From positions 131,973 through 195,972 of the forward strand of contig CANQBL010000001.1 in assembly GCA_947589105.1 (NCBI GenBank): DNA of 64,000 bases. The letters run 5' to 3'. Under the pieces are notes generated by a model. The model ran no database searches, was not told the origin of the DNA, and saw only the letters and a list, made by a program, of their open reading frames with translations. Positions 1 through 8,323 of this stretch are shown here, in pieces. A program made the position numbers and the translations under genes. This DNA comes from an uncultured Bacilli bacterium. GTDB lineage: Bacteria; Bacillota_I; Bacilli_A; RF39; UBA660. Each line of letters starts with the position of its first letter. Positions within the stretch are counted from its first letter, which is position 1.

Positions 1-705
1 CCGGATTCTATAATAAAAAAATCTTTATCATCCGGAATTGATAAGCTAATTATAAATGGATATGATTTAAAAAGTAGTATGGAAGCTGTTTATCTTGCAC
101 AAAAATATGAAAATATTTATGCTGCAGTAGGTATTGGACCAGAAAATATAGATAATCTTGATAGTGATGTTTATGAAAAGTTAGATAAATTAGCAACTTC
201 AAGCAAGGTTGTTGCAATAGGGGAAATAGGGTTGGATTATTATTGGACAAAGGAAAATAAAAAAATTCAATTAGATGTTTTTAAAAATATGCTAAACATT
301 GCTAAAAAACATAAATTACCTGTTATAGTTCACTCAAGAAAAGCATTTTTAGATTCATATAATATATTAAAAGAATATAATATTAATGGGATATTACATT
401 GCTACTCCGGCAGTGTTGAAATGGCTAAAAAATTTATTAAATTAGGTTTTCTACTAGGGATAGGAGGTGTGGTTACTTTTAAAAATGCAAAAGAACTAAT
501 AAACGTAGTAAAAGAAATAGATTTAAATTATTTATCTTTGGAAACAGATAGTCCTTATCTATCTCCAGAGCCTTATAGAGGAAAACCAAATAAGCCTGAA
601 AATATTATCCTAGTAGCTCAAAAAATTGCAAAAATAAAAGGTATTTCAGTAGAAGAAGTTATTAGTACAACAGGCAATTCTGTTTGTGCCAAATTTGACT
701 TATAG
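1..705 (+). CDS. tatD: TatD-family metal-dependent hydrolase/DNase, 5'-partial (frame is open to the window start)
   Basis: The frame continues upstream of the annotated ATG at 79. It shows a TatD-like TIM-barrel and sits upstream of a 3D-domain protein and ksgA, as B. subtilis yabD does. Confidence 0.75.
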   Translation, partial: PDSIIKKSLSSGIDKLIINGYDLKSSMEAVYLAQKYENIYAAVGIGPENIDNLDSDVYEKLDKLATSSKVVAIGEIGLDYYWTKENKKIQLDVFKNMLNIAKKHKLPVIVHSRKAFLDSYNILKEYNINGILHCYSGSVEMAKKFIKLGFLLGIGGVVTFKNAKELINVVKEIDLNYLSLETDSPYLSPEPYRGKPNKPENIILVAQKIAKIKGISVEEVISTTGNSVCAKFDL

Positions 706-760
706 TGGTATTTATGATATTCTTAATAAGACCCATGTAATTGGGTTATGAGGTGAAAGT

Positions 761-1357
761 GTGAAACATTTAAATAGAAAAATTAAGGGTGCATTATTAA
801 TCCTTGCGGTTTGTTTAATAGCATTTGTTGGTTTTTCAAAAGCTGGAATATTGTTTTCAGCTGGTGGTGGTGATGTAATTACAGTCTCAACTACAAAAAA
901 AACGTTTGAGCCTAATAATTATATTGCATCGGTTTCTTCTATTTCTACACCAACTAAACAAGAAACATCAGTCGAAGAATCTACGACTACAAAAATAGTA
1001 ACCACTACAGTAGCTACAACAACTAATCTTAAAAGTAATTGGGCAGGTGTAGTTCTTTCAAAATCTAAAGGTGCTATTATTGGGCCTTCAGGTAAAGAAA
1101 CATATTATAATTTAAATATGACAAACGTAATAAAAATTATGAGACGAGCAGGCTACTCCGAAGAAGAATATCCTTATTGGATTCGAGAAGATGGTGTTAA
1201 AATGCTTGGAAATTATGTTATGGTAGCGGCTAATTTTGAAATACGTCCGCGTGGAACTATAATTGAAAGTTCATTAGGATACGCAATAGTTTGTGATACG
1301 GGAGGATTTGCGAAGTCAAACCCAACTCAAATTGATGTTGCAGTTTCTTGGCGGTAA
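761..1357 (+). CDS. Secreted 3D-domain protein (YabE/YocH-like cell-wall-binding protein)
   Basis: N-terminal signal peptide/TM and a Thr-rich linker. The C-terminus carries a 3D-domain signature (GYAIVCDTGGF...IDVAVSW). It lies between tatD and ksgA, as yabE does. Confidence 0.55.
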   Translation: MKHLNRKIKGALLILAVCLIAFVGFSKAGILFSAGGGDVITVSTTKKTFEPNNYIASVSSISTPTKQETSVEESTTTKIVTTTVATTTNLKSNWAGVVLSKSKGAIIGPSGKETYYNLNMTNVIKIMRRAGYSEEEYPYWIREDGVKMLGNYVMVAANFEIRPRGTIIESSLGYAIVCDTGGFAKSNPTQIDVAVSWR

Positions 1358-1423
1358 TTTTAAATTTGTGTTAAAATAAAAACAAATAAATTAATTTATT
1401 TGTTTTTTTGTACAGGAGCAATT

Positions 1424-2248
1424 ATGGATATAAAAAAGATTCTAAAAGAAAATGAATTTGTTTTTAAAAAAAAGTATGGTCAAAACTTTTTGCTAGATCA
1501 AAACATATTAAATAATATTGTTAATTTAGGTAATATAACAAAAGATACCCTTGTAATAGAAATAGGGGTAGGAGCTGCGGCATTAACAAAAAAAATAAGC
1601 GAAAAAGCAAAGCAAGTATTAGGTTATGAAATAGATTTAAATTTAAAAAAACCATTAGATAAAATTCTTGAAGAATATAAAAACGTTGATGTTATTTATG
1701 ATGATTTTTTAAATCGTAACATAAAGGAAGATATAAAAAAATATCAGTATAAAAATATTATGGTTGTAGCAAACCTCCCATATTATATTACAACACCAAT
1801 TATAACAAAGTTTATTGATGAAAAAATAAATGTAGAAAAAATCATTGTAATGGTTCAAAAAGAAGTAGCTGATAGATTTTCCGCTATGCCAGGTACGAAA
1901 AACTATAACTCATTAACCATCTTTTTAAATTATTATTTTGATGTAAAAAAAGCATTTTTTGTTTCTAGAAATGTTTTTTATCCAAAACCAAACGTTGATT
2001 CTGCCGTGGTCGTTTTTAATAAAAAACAAGAAAAATTAAAGCTAAATAATGAAACGCATTTTTTTAAACTTGTTAAGACGGCTTTTACCCAAAAAAGAAA
2101 AACGTTAAAAAACAACTTAATAGACTATGATTTAAATAAGGTTAATAATATATTAAAAACTTTTAATAAAGATATAAATCAAAGAGCAGAAAATATTACG
2201 ATAGAGGAATTTGTTAAAATTTCAAACGAGTTAAGTAAAGAAAAATAA
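1424..2248 (+). CDS. rsmA: 16S rRNA (adenine1518/1519-N6)-dimethyltransferase RsmA/KsgA
   Basis: Motif FKKKYGQNFLLD and a SAM-methyltransferase fold. Start moved to the ATG at 1424, which has AGGAG at 1414-1418; the track's TTG at 1400 has no RBS. Confidence 0.9.
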   Translation: MDIKKILKENEFVFKKKYGQNFLLDQNILNNIVNLGNITKDTLVIEIGVGAAALTKKISEKAKQVLGYEIDLNLKKPLDKILEEYKNVDVIYDDFLNRNIKEDIKKYQYKNIMVVANLPYYITTPIITKFIDEKINVEKIIVMVQKEVADRFSAMPGTKNYNSLTIFLNYYFDVKKAFFVSRNVFYPKPNVDSAVVVFNKKQEKLKLNNETHFFKLVKTAFTQKRKTLKNNLIDYDLNKVNNILKTFNKDINQRAENITIEEFVKISNELSKEK

Positions 2249-2298
2249 AAATAAGATATATTTTATAGATGATTTTTTAAAAGGGATGTAAGATTATT

Positions 2299-2733
2299 AT
2301 GATAGGAATTAGCTTTGAAGTACCAAATAAATATGATGTTTTTCTTTCAAAAATACTTAAAAATGTAGATTTTGAAGAAGGTGTTTGGAAGGTGGTTAAT
2401 GATGAAGTTCTTAGTGAAAGAGGAACTAATTTCTTTAATAAAGAAATTTATTTAAACGACGAATTTAAAGAACTGATAAAAACTACTCATTATCCGATTT
2501 TTTTAACACTTCAGCTATATAATAAAAGTGATAGATTTAATGAAATTAAAAGTTACGATGATTATTTTAATAGTGATTGTAAGTTATTACTTATTATAGT
2601 AGATAATACTTTTATTGATGTATATTCAAAAGATAAAACAATTTTAAAACAGATAAAAGTTAATGCTAAAGAAAATAGTTTTATAAATATTAAAGATATA
2701 GAAAACAAAGAAGACTTTTCTCTTTATTATTAA
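2299..2733 (+). CDS. Hypothetical protein (144 aa), no recognised domain
   Basis: Clean ORF between ksgA and yabG with RBS-like GGGATG upstream. No motif recognised. Confidence 0.4.
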   Translation: MIGISFEVPNKYDVFLSKILKNVDFEEGVWKVVNDEVLSERGTNFFNKEIYLNDEFKELIKTTHYPIFLTLQLYNKSDRFNEIKSYDDYFNSDCKLLLIIVDNTFIDVYSKDKTILKQIKVNAKENSFINIKDIENKEDFSLYY

Positions 2734-2750
2734 TTTAAACATAAATTAAA

Positions 2751-3554
2751 ATGCTAAACGATAGAATGTTTAGTTTTTTTTTGCATATATTTAATTGGGT
2801 GATAATATTGTTTAAAGTAGGAGATTTAGTTACAAGAATATCGCATGATAATGACGTAGTTTTTAAAATAGAAAAAATAGAATCCGAAGTGGCTTTTTTA
2901 AAGGGAGTTAATGTTCGATTGTGTGCCGATAGTAATATAAGTGATTTAATCTTAGTAGAAACAAAAAATACTGATGAGGATCGGATATTTTATGAGAAAT
3001 TAGAAAAAATAAGAAATTTTGAAAGAAGCGATTATTTTTATATTCCAGGAAAAATTCTTCATGTTGATGGAGATAGAGAATACCTAAACAGATGTTTAGA
3101 TTTTTATAAAAAAGCTAATGTACTGGCATTTGGAGTTTATTCCCCAGAGAATGAAATGGCTCAAAACATCGAAAAGTATTTAGATGATATAAATCCGGAT
3201 ATTGTTGTTATAACTGGTCATGATTCTGAAATAAAGAAAAATTCAAAATATTTTTCCGAAGCTGTAAAAGCGTGTCGTAAGTATCAAAAAGATTATGACA
3301 AATTGATAATAATTGCTGGAGCTTGTCAATCAGATTACGAACGTCTTATAAAAGCGGGTGCAAATTTTGCATCCAGTCCTAAGAAAATAAATATACATGC
3401 ACTTGATCCAGCAATTATTGCCTTATCTCTTAGTTTATCTGATAAAAATAAAAACGTTGATTTACTATCTCTTCTTGAAAAAACAAGTAATGGTAAAGAC
3501 GGTATTGGTGGGGTTAATACAAGAGGCGTTATGACAACTGGTTATCCTAGGTAA
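2751..3554 (+). CDS. yabG: Sporulation-specific protease YabG
   Basis: 267 aa. Conserved ITGHDS...IIAGACQSDYE segment typical of the YabG peptidase (U57). Synteny ksgA-yabG-veg. Confidence 0.8.
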   Translation: MLNDRMFSFFLHIFNWVIILFKVGDLVTRISHDNDVVFKIEKIESEVAFLKGVNVRLCADSNISDLILVETKNTDEDRIFYEKLEKIRNFERSDYFYIPGKILHVDGDREYLNRCLDFYKKANVLAFGVYSPENEMAQNIEKYLDDINPDIVVITGHDSEIKKNSKYFSEAVKACRKYQKDYDKLIIIAGACQSDYERLIKAGANFASSPKKINIHALDPAIIALSLSLSDKNKNVDLLSLLEKTSNGKDGIGGVNTRGVMTTGYPR

Positions 3555-3564
3555 AGGAGAATAA

Positions 3565-3771
3565 ATGATAAACGAAATAAAAAGAAAAATGAAATATCTT
3601 AAAGGAAAAAAAATAAAAATTTACGTAGATGTAGGAAGAAATAAAAGTGAGGTTTATGAGGGTTTTGTTTTAAATACATACAAAAATATTTGGACATTTA
3701 AAACTGATACAGATGTAAAAAGTTTTGGTTATTCAGATATTTTAATTAATACTGTTATTATAAGTTCATAA
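3565..3771 (+). CDS. veg: Veg protein (biofilm/sporulation-associated small protein, DUF1021)
   Basis: 68 aa. SFGYSDILINTVII resembles B. subtilis Veg SYSYADILTETVEL. It follows yabG. Confidence 0.7.
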   Translation: MINEIKRKMKYLKGKKIKIYVDVGRNKSEVYEGFVLNTYKNIWTFKTDTDVKSFGYSDILINTVIISS

Positions 3772-3788
3772 GATATGAACTTTTTTTT
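3764..3788 (+). terminator. Rho-independent terminator after veg
   Basis: GTTCATA-aga-TATGAAC stem overlapping the veg stop, followed by T8. Confidence 0.6.
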
Positions 3789-3859
3789 GTTGTTTGTTGA
3801 TTTTTCTTCTTATTTGTGGTTAAATTAAAGTGTATATACTAAGATGGAGGATTGACGCA

Positions 3860-6800
3860 ATGAACTCGAGAATGGAAAAGTTTAAAATAAGTTTTAAAGA
3901 TTGGTTAGCTATACAAAAAATAAGAATAAAAAATTTTGTTGAAGAGCATAAATATATATCTTCGTTTATTGGTGTATTTTTGATATCTTCTTTAGTTGCT
4001 TTAATAGTATACGCTGCTGATACAGATAAATATGCTGGTCAAGTTTCGGCTACTGCGTCGGTAACTCAAAAAAGCTCACAATCAACAGAAGAAATAACAA
4101 CTGCTAAAAGTTTTAGTACCATAGTGTACGATGTTGATTATTTGTTATCGATAAGTGATTTGCCTATGGATGAAACAGTTGTAAGGGACGAGGTTGTAGT
4201 CCAAGCCTCTTTTAATGATAAAATCGATGCTGAATGGGTTACATATAATGATATAACCTCAAATTATGAGTTATCAGATGATGGTAGAACTTTAACCGTA
4301 AAACTATATGGAGGTACCAAAGTTGGAACTTCAAACAGTTTGCAATTATATTTAAACACAAGAAACATACCTAATGGTACCGAGTTAAAAACAAACTTTA
4401 AAATCAAAGAATCAACCTCATCAAATTTTACTGAACTTGGAGAAAAAAAGATAACAATAGAAAGTGAAAAAGTTGATTTAGAAACAAAAGTGGTTTCTGG
4501 AACCGCTTATAAATCAAATGATTATAGCGAAGGAAGGTATGCTCCTTTTGGAATATTAGTAGGTTTTGATAAAAGTAAATTGAAAAACCAAAATAGTTTA
4601 GAAGGTTTATATTTTGATTCAAACGTAAGTGTTATTTTAGAAGCAATTCAATCAGTTAATAATGTTAACACTCAAATAGAACTTGAAACTGAAAAACAAC
4701 AATATTTTGGCTTATATGATAAATCAACAGGTTTACTAGGTTCAATGCCTCATTATCAAAGGGATGTTTCTGATTTTTCAGTTTATAACTCAGGAACAGT
4801 TAAAAACCTTACAAAATCAAATAGTGGAGTATCAGGAGAAGTAACTGAAAATACAAATCCAGATTTATATTTAATTGGTGATAAAACAATAAACTTAGAG
4901 CAAGGAGAAGAATACACTGAATATGGTGTATCAGCAACAGATCATGGCTATGATATATGTAAAGAAAGAAATAATTTATGTAAGAAAACGATAACCAAAA
5001 AAGGTAATGGTGAAACTTCAGTTGAAGAAAAAAATATAACTAAAGAAGTTGGAGATTATGTTGTTAGTTATGAGTATACCTCGAAAACAGGTGTTACAAC
5101 GGTTAAAAGAAACGTCAAAGTAACCTCAAAAACAACCGTTAGTGTAGGAGAGGATTCTTATTCATTAAATGGTAATAAAGAAATCACTTTGGTAAAAGGT
5201 GAAAAATATGAAGAAAAAGGTATTAGTAAAAACGGTGTTAATGCTTCGGAATACGAGATATCTATTAAAAAGAATGGTTCGGAAGACCCAATAGAATCGG
5301 TTAATACTAATGAAGTTGGTACTTATACCATTACTTACACGATTAAATCTCAGCCAGAGTTCCAACAACAATCAGCAACTTTAACAAGAACGGTTAAGGT
5401 TGTTGAAAGTTTGACTTATACAAAAGCTCCAACTCTTACTGCAAGCACTATTTACGCACCGTCTGATGGTTCTGTTCTTGATAATCCTTATATAAAAATA
5501 GATTCTCAAGATAAAGAATGTAATTCTGAAAATAAATGTTCGGTAAAATATTATGATCTAGCCTCAAATGAGGAAGTACACTTTGATAAAACAAAGGTAG
5601 GTACTTATAAAGCAGTTTATACGGTAACTGATGAAAATGGTTTTGAAATACAAGCTGAAAATACCATTAACATACAAACTAAATATGATTTTAACATTGA
5701 AGGAATAAAATCAGATGGAAAAATAGATTTGTATGGTGATAATTTTGTTTCACTTGGTTCATATTTTGTAAATGCAAAATCAATTCGTAATGAAGGAGTA
5801 ACAACAGACATTTTAGTAAATTTAACTGCAAGTATTAAAAAAGCAGATGGCGGATTTAACTCTAGTACATCAGATAAAGCTGCTGTTAATAAAAATTATT
5901 CTGCAGGAACGAAAAATAATACACTTTCTTTTAATACTGATGAATCTGGAGATTTACAACGATTATCTAGTAATGATTATTTAGCTTACGGTGAAGAAGT
6001 AATACTAAGATCTAGGTTTACTTATTCAAATGATGGTGATGAGGCGATTAATAAGTTAACAACTACTATTCCAATTTTACCGTTTACAATGGTTGAATAT
6101 ACTTCTAGAATTGAAGATAAAGAACCATACTATATTAATGAAGAATATAATGATAAGGTAAATGTTAAGTATTATGCATGTGAAGTTGATGATTCAAAAA
6201 CAGCTTGTAGTGATTCTGAAGTATCTGAATATGATTCATTTGCTTCATTAAATGATGCTTTAAACTCAAACGAAAATCTTAAATTGTCTTATTTAACTTA
6301 TACATTAGAAAATGTTGCACCAGGATCAATAATTGATTTTAGAGTTAGATTAGTTACTAGTGTTAATAACCAAAAAGATATAATAACTTTAACAACTAAA
6401 TCAGAATATGATGAAAAAGGAGAAAGTAGTTTATCAAATCCTACGGCAATAACTGGTAACGCTTCTATAAATATAACCCCTTTTAAAGCAAGAACAAGAG
6501 TGTATATTGATGAAATGGAGCAAGATGTCATAATAAATGGTGCTAATACTTCTAGCTCTACATGGTCAATATATCCTTCTGTTAGTTTACCGATAGAAGA
6601 GATAAATACTAACGCGGCTGGAATAAATGCGCTAAAAACAGTTACAATTACAGTTGAATTGCCAGAAGGTATTAATTATGTATATGACGAAAGATACAAT
6701 ATACCAAAAGTAAGTGGCAGAACTTTAACATATGTTTTAGAAGGTAAAAAAGTTAATGAATGGATAGATCCTATTTACTTTGTTACAAATTATAATATTG

Positions 6801-8323
6801 ATATTCCTTCTGGAACTGAAAAAGAAGTAAAAGTATTAATTGATGCCGAAACTCCTGATGGTATAAAGGATTCTTCTACTAAAGATTTAAGAACGACGAT
6901 AAGGAAAATAACTTATCAAAATAATGAGAAAATAGCACGTTCACAGTATACAACCACTCCAACAATATCAAAGGAGACCCCTTTTAATATAAGTACAAAA
7001 ATTTATAATAATGATAGTGCTAAAGTTTCACACTCAAATTTGGATATTATAACTTTGCTTCCTTATAATGATATAAGTAATGAAAATAAGACTTATACTG
7101 GAACGTACACAATTTCAAATCTACCTCAAAATACTTTATGTACGGCAGGTCTTCCAAGTTTGATAAAAGACTCTAACTTGCTTTCAGAAGGTGAAATTAT
7201 ATGGGAAGATTGTACTAAATATAAAATAGAAAATAATAGTTACTCTGGGGTTACTGCAATTAAGATTCCATCTATATCTTTACAATCAGATCAAACCTAT
7301 GAACATTCTATAACAATTACTCCTTTTGGAAATAAATCTGATGATAAATATACATTAAAATCTTACTTAGTAATGAATGAAGATAACAGAGTAAGACAAT
7401 TTAATGATGTAACAGTAGAGGTTTTTAGTAAAAAAATAACTGGTATTGTATGGGAAGATTTTGATGATAATGGAATCATGGATAATGAAGAAAAAAGAAT
7501 TTCTGATGTAACTTTAAAATTGTATGATTCTAATACCAATGAGTTTATAACATCAACTCTTTCTGATAAAACTGGAAATTATACTTTATCTGATTTAAAT
7601 CCTGGCACATACTACGTTGTTGCTGAGTACAATACTGCTAAATATGGTTTAACTCAGCCAAATGCATCTTATAATAGGTCAGTTTCTTCTTCGTTTAGCT
7701 CTGTTGATACTGGTATTTCATCTAAAGGTGACGAAATAATAAGTAAAGAAGATAAAAAATTAGAAGATTCACCAACTACTGCAGTAATTAAAACTGATAA
7801 CATTACAATAACTAATGATACTAAAATTGTTAGTGATATTAACTTAGGATTATCACTTAAAAAATCTTATGCGGTAAAATTAACGAAATATGTAAGTAAA
7901 GTTATAACAACAAATAATCTTGGTATTTCAACCATAAAGGACTATGGTAATGTTTCATTGGCTAAGTTAGATGTAAAGGATATAAATAATCTTAGTATAA
8001 AAGTAATTTATACCATAGAATTAGAAAATGTTGGATATTATCCTGGTTATATTTATGCCATAAGAGATTATATTCCTGATGGAATGAAATTTAATGAATC
8101 TTACGAAGAAAATAAGGGCTGGGTAGTAACAAAAGATGATTATTTGGAAAATGATACTTTATCAAATGAATTAGTATATGAAGGAGATAAAAAATATCTT
8201 ACTATAGCTTTTGATATAACTCGTAAAGAGGCCGGATCATTTATTAATTTTGCTTCTGTAGAGGATGATGATTTGCAAATCTTAAGTGTAGCAGCAAATC
8301 AAGGAGGTAATGATAATGAATAA
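3860..8323 (+). CDS. Giant cell-surface protein (about 1487 aa): N-terminal signal-anchor TM, three tandem Ig-like DUF5011-type domains, a CnaB/SdrD-B-type domain, C-terminal DUF11 repeat domain
   Basis: Start set at the ATG at 3860 (GGAGGA plus 8 nt). TM segment FIGVFLISSLVALIVYAA. Three repeats of about 95 aa share the pattern G(D/E)xxYxLxxGxxYxExGxSAxD. CnaB-like segment GIVWEDFDDNGIMDNEE...LKLYDSNT...TGNYTLSDLNPGTYYV. DUF11-like segment LSIKVIYTIELENVGYYPGYIYAIRDYIPDGMKF. No LPXTG. Confidence 0.7.
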   Translation: MNSRMEKFKISFKDWLAIQKIRIKNFVEEHKYISSFIGVFLISSLVALIVYAADTDKYAGQVSATASVTQKSSQSTEEITTAKSFSTIVYDVDYLLSISDLPMDETVVRDEVVVQASFNDKIDAEWVTYNDITSNYELSDDGRTLTVKLYGGTKVGTSNSLQLYLNTRNIPNGTELKTNFKIKESTSSNFTELGEKKITIESEKVDLETKVVSGTAYKSNDYSEGRYAPFGILVGFDKSKLKNQNSLEGLYFDSNVSVILEAIQSVNNVNTQIELETEKQQYFGLYDKSTGLLGSMPHYQRDVSDFSVYNSGTVKNLTKSNSGVSGEVTENTNPDLYLIGDKTINLEQGEEYTEYGVSATDHGYDICKERNNLCKKTITKKGNGETSVEEKNITKEVGDYVVSYEYTSKTGVTTVKRNVKVTSKTTVSVGEDSYSLNGNKEITLVKGEKYEEKGISKNGVNASEYEISIKKNGSEDPIESVNTNEVGTYTITYTIKSQPEFQQQSATLTRTVKVVESLTYTKAPTLTASTIYAPSDGSVLDNPYIKIDSQDKECNSENKCSVKYYDLASNEEVHFDKTKVGTYKAVYTVTDENGFEIQAENTINIQTKYDFNIEGIKSDGKIDLYGDNFVSLGSYFVNAKSIRNEGVTTDILVNLTASIKKADGGFNSSTSDKAAVNKNYSAGTKNNTLSFNTDESGDLQRLSSNDYLAYGEEVILRSRFTYSNDGDEAINKLTTTIPILPFTMVEYTSRIEDKEPYYINEEYNDKVNVKYYACEVDDSKTACSDSEVSEYDSFASLNDALNSNENLKLSYLTYTLENVAPGSIIDFRVRLVTSVNNQKDIITLTTKSEYDEKGESSLSNPTAITGNASINITPFKARTRVYIDEMEQDVIINGANTSSSTWSIYPSVSLPIEEINTNAAGINALKTVTITVELPEGINYVYDERYNIPKVSGRTLTYVLEGKKVNEWIDPIYFVTNYNIDIPSGTEKEVKVLIDAETPDGIKDSSTKDLRTTIRKITYQNNEKIARSQYTTTPTISKETPFNISTKIYNNDSAKVSHSNLDIITLLPYNDISNENKTYTGTYTISNLPQNTLCTAGLPSLIKDSNLLSEGEIIWEDCTKYKIENNSYSGVTAIKIPSISLQSDQTYEHSITITPFGNKSDDKYTLKSYLVMNEDNRVRQFNDVTVEVFSKKITGIVWEDFDDNGIMDNEEKRISDVTLKLYDSNTNEFITSTLSDKTGNYTLSDLNPGTYYVVAEYNTAKYGLTQPNASYNRSVSSSFSSVDTGISSKGDEIISKEDKKLEDSPTTAVIKTDNITITNDTKIVSDINLGLSLKKSYAVKLTKYVSKVITTNNLGISTIKDYGNVSLAKLDVKDINNLSIKVIYTIELENVGYYPGYIYAIRDYIPDGMKFNESYEENKGWVVTKDDYLENDTLSNELVYEGDKKYLTIAFDITRKEAGSFINFASVEDDDLQILSVAANQGGNDNE

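Noticed and set aside
4428-6531. Antisense ORFs of 64-77 aa inside the giant surface-protein gene (4428..4622, 5165..5371, 5617..5811, 6298..6531, all on the - strand)
   Set aside because: They are embedded opposite a long, well-supported CDS. They are low-complexity and lack an RBS. Chance frames of this kind are expected in AT-rich DNA.
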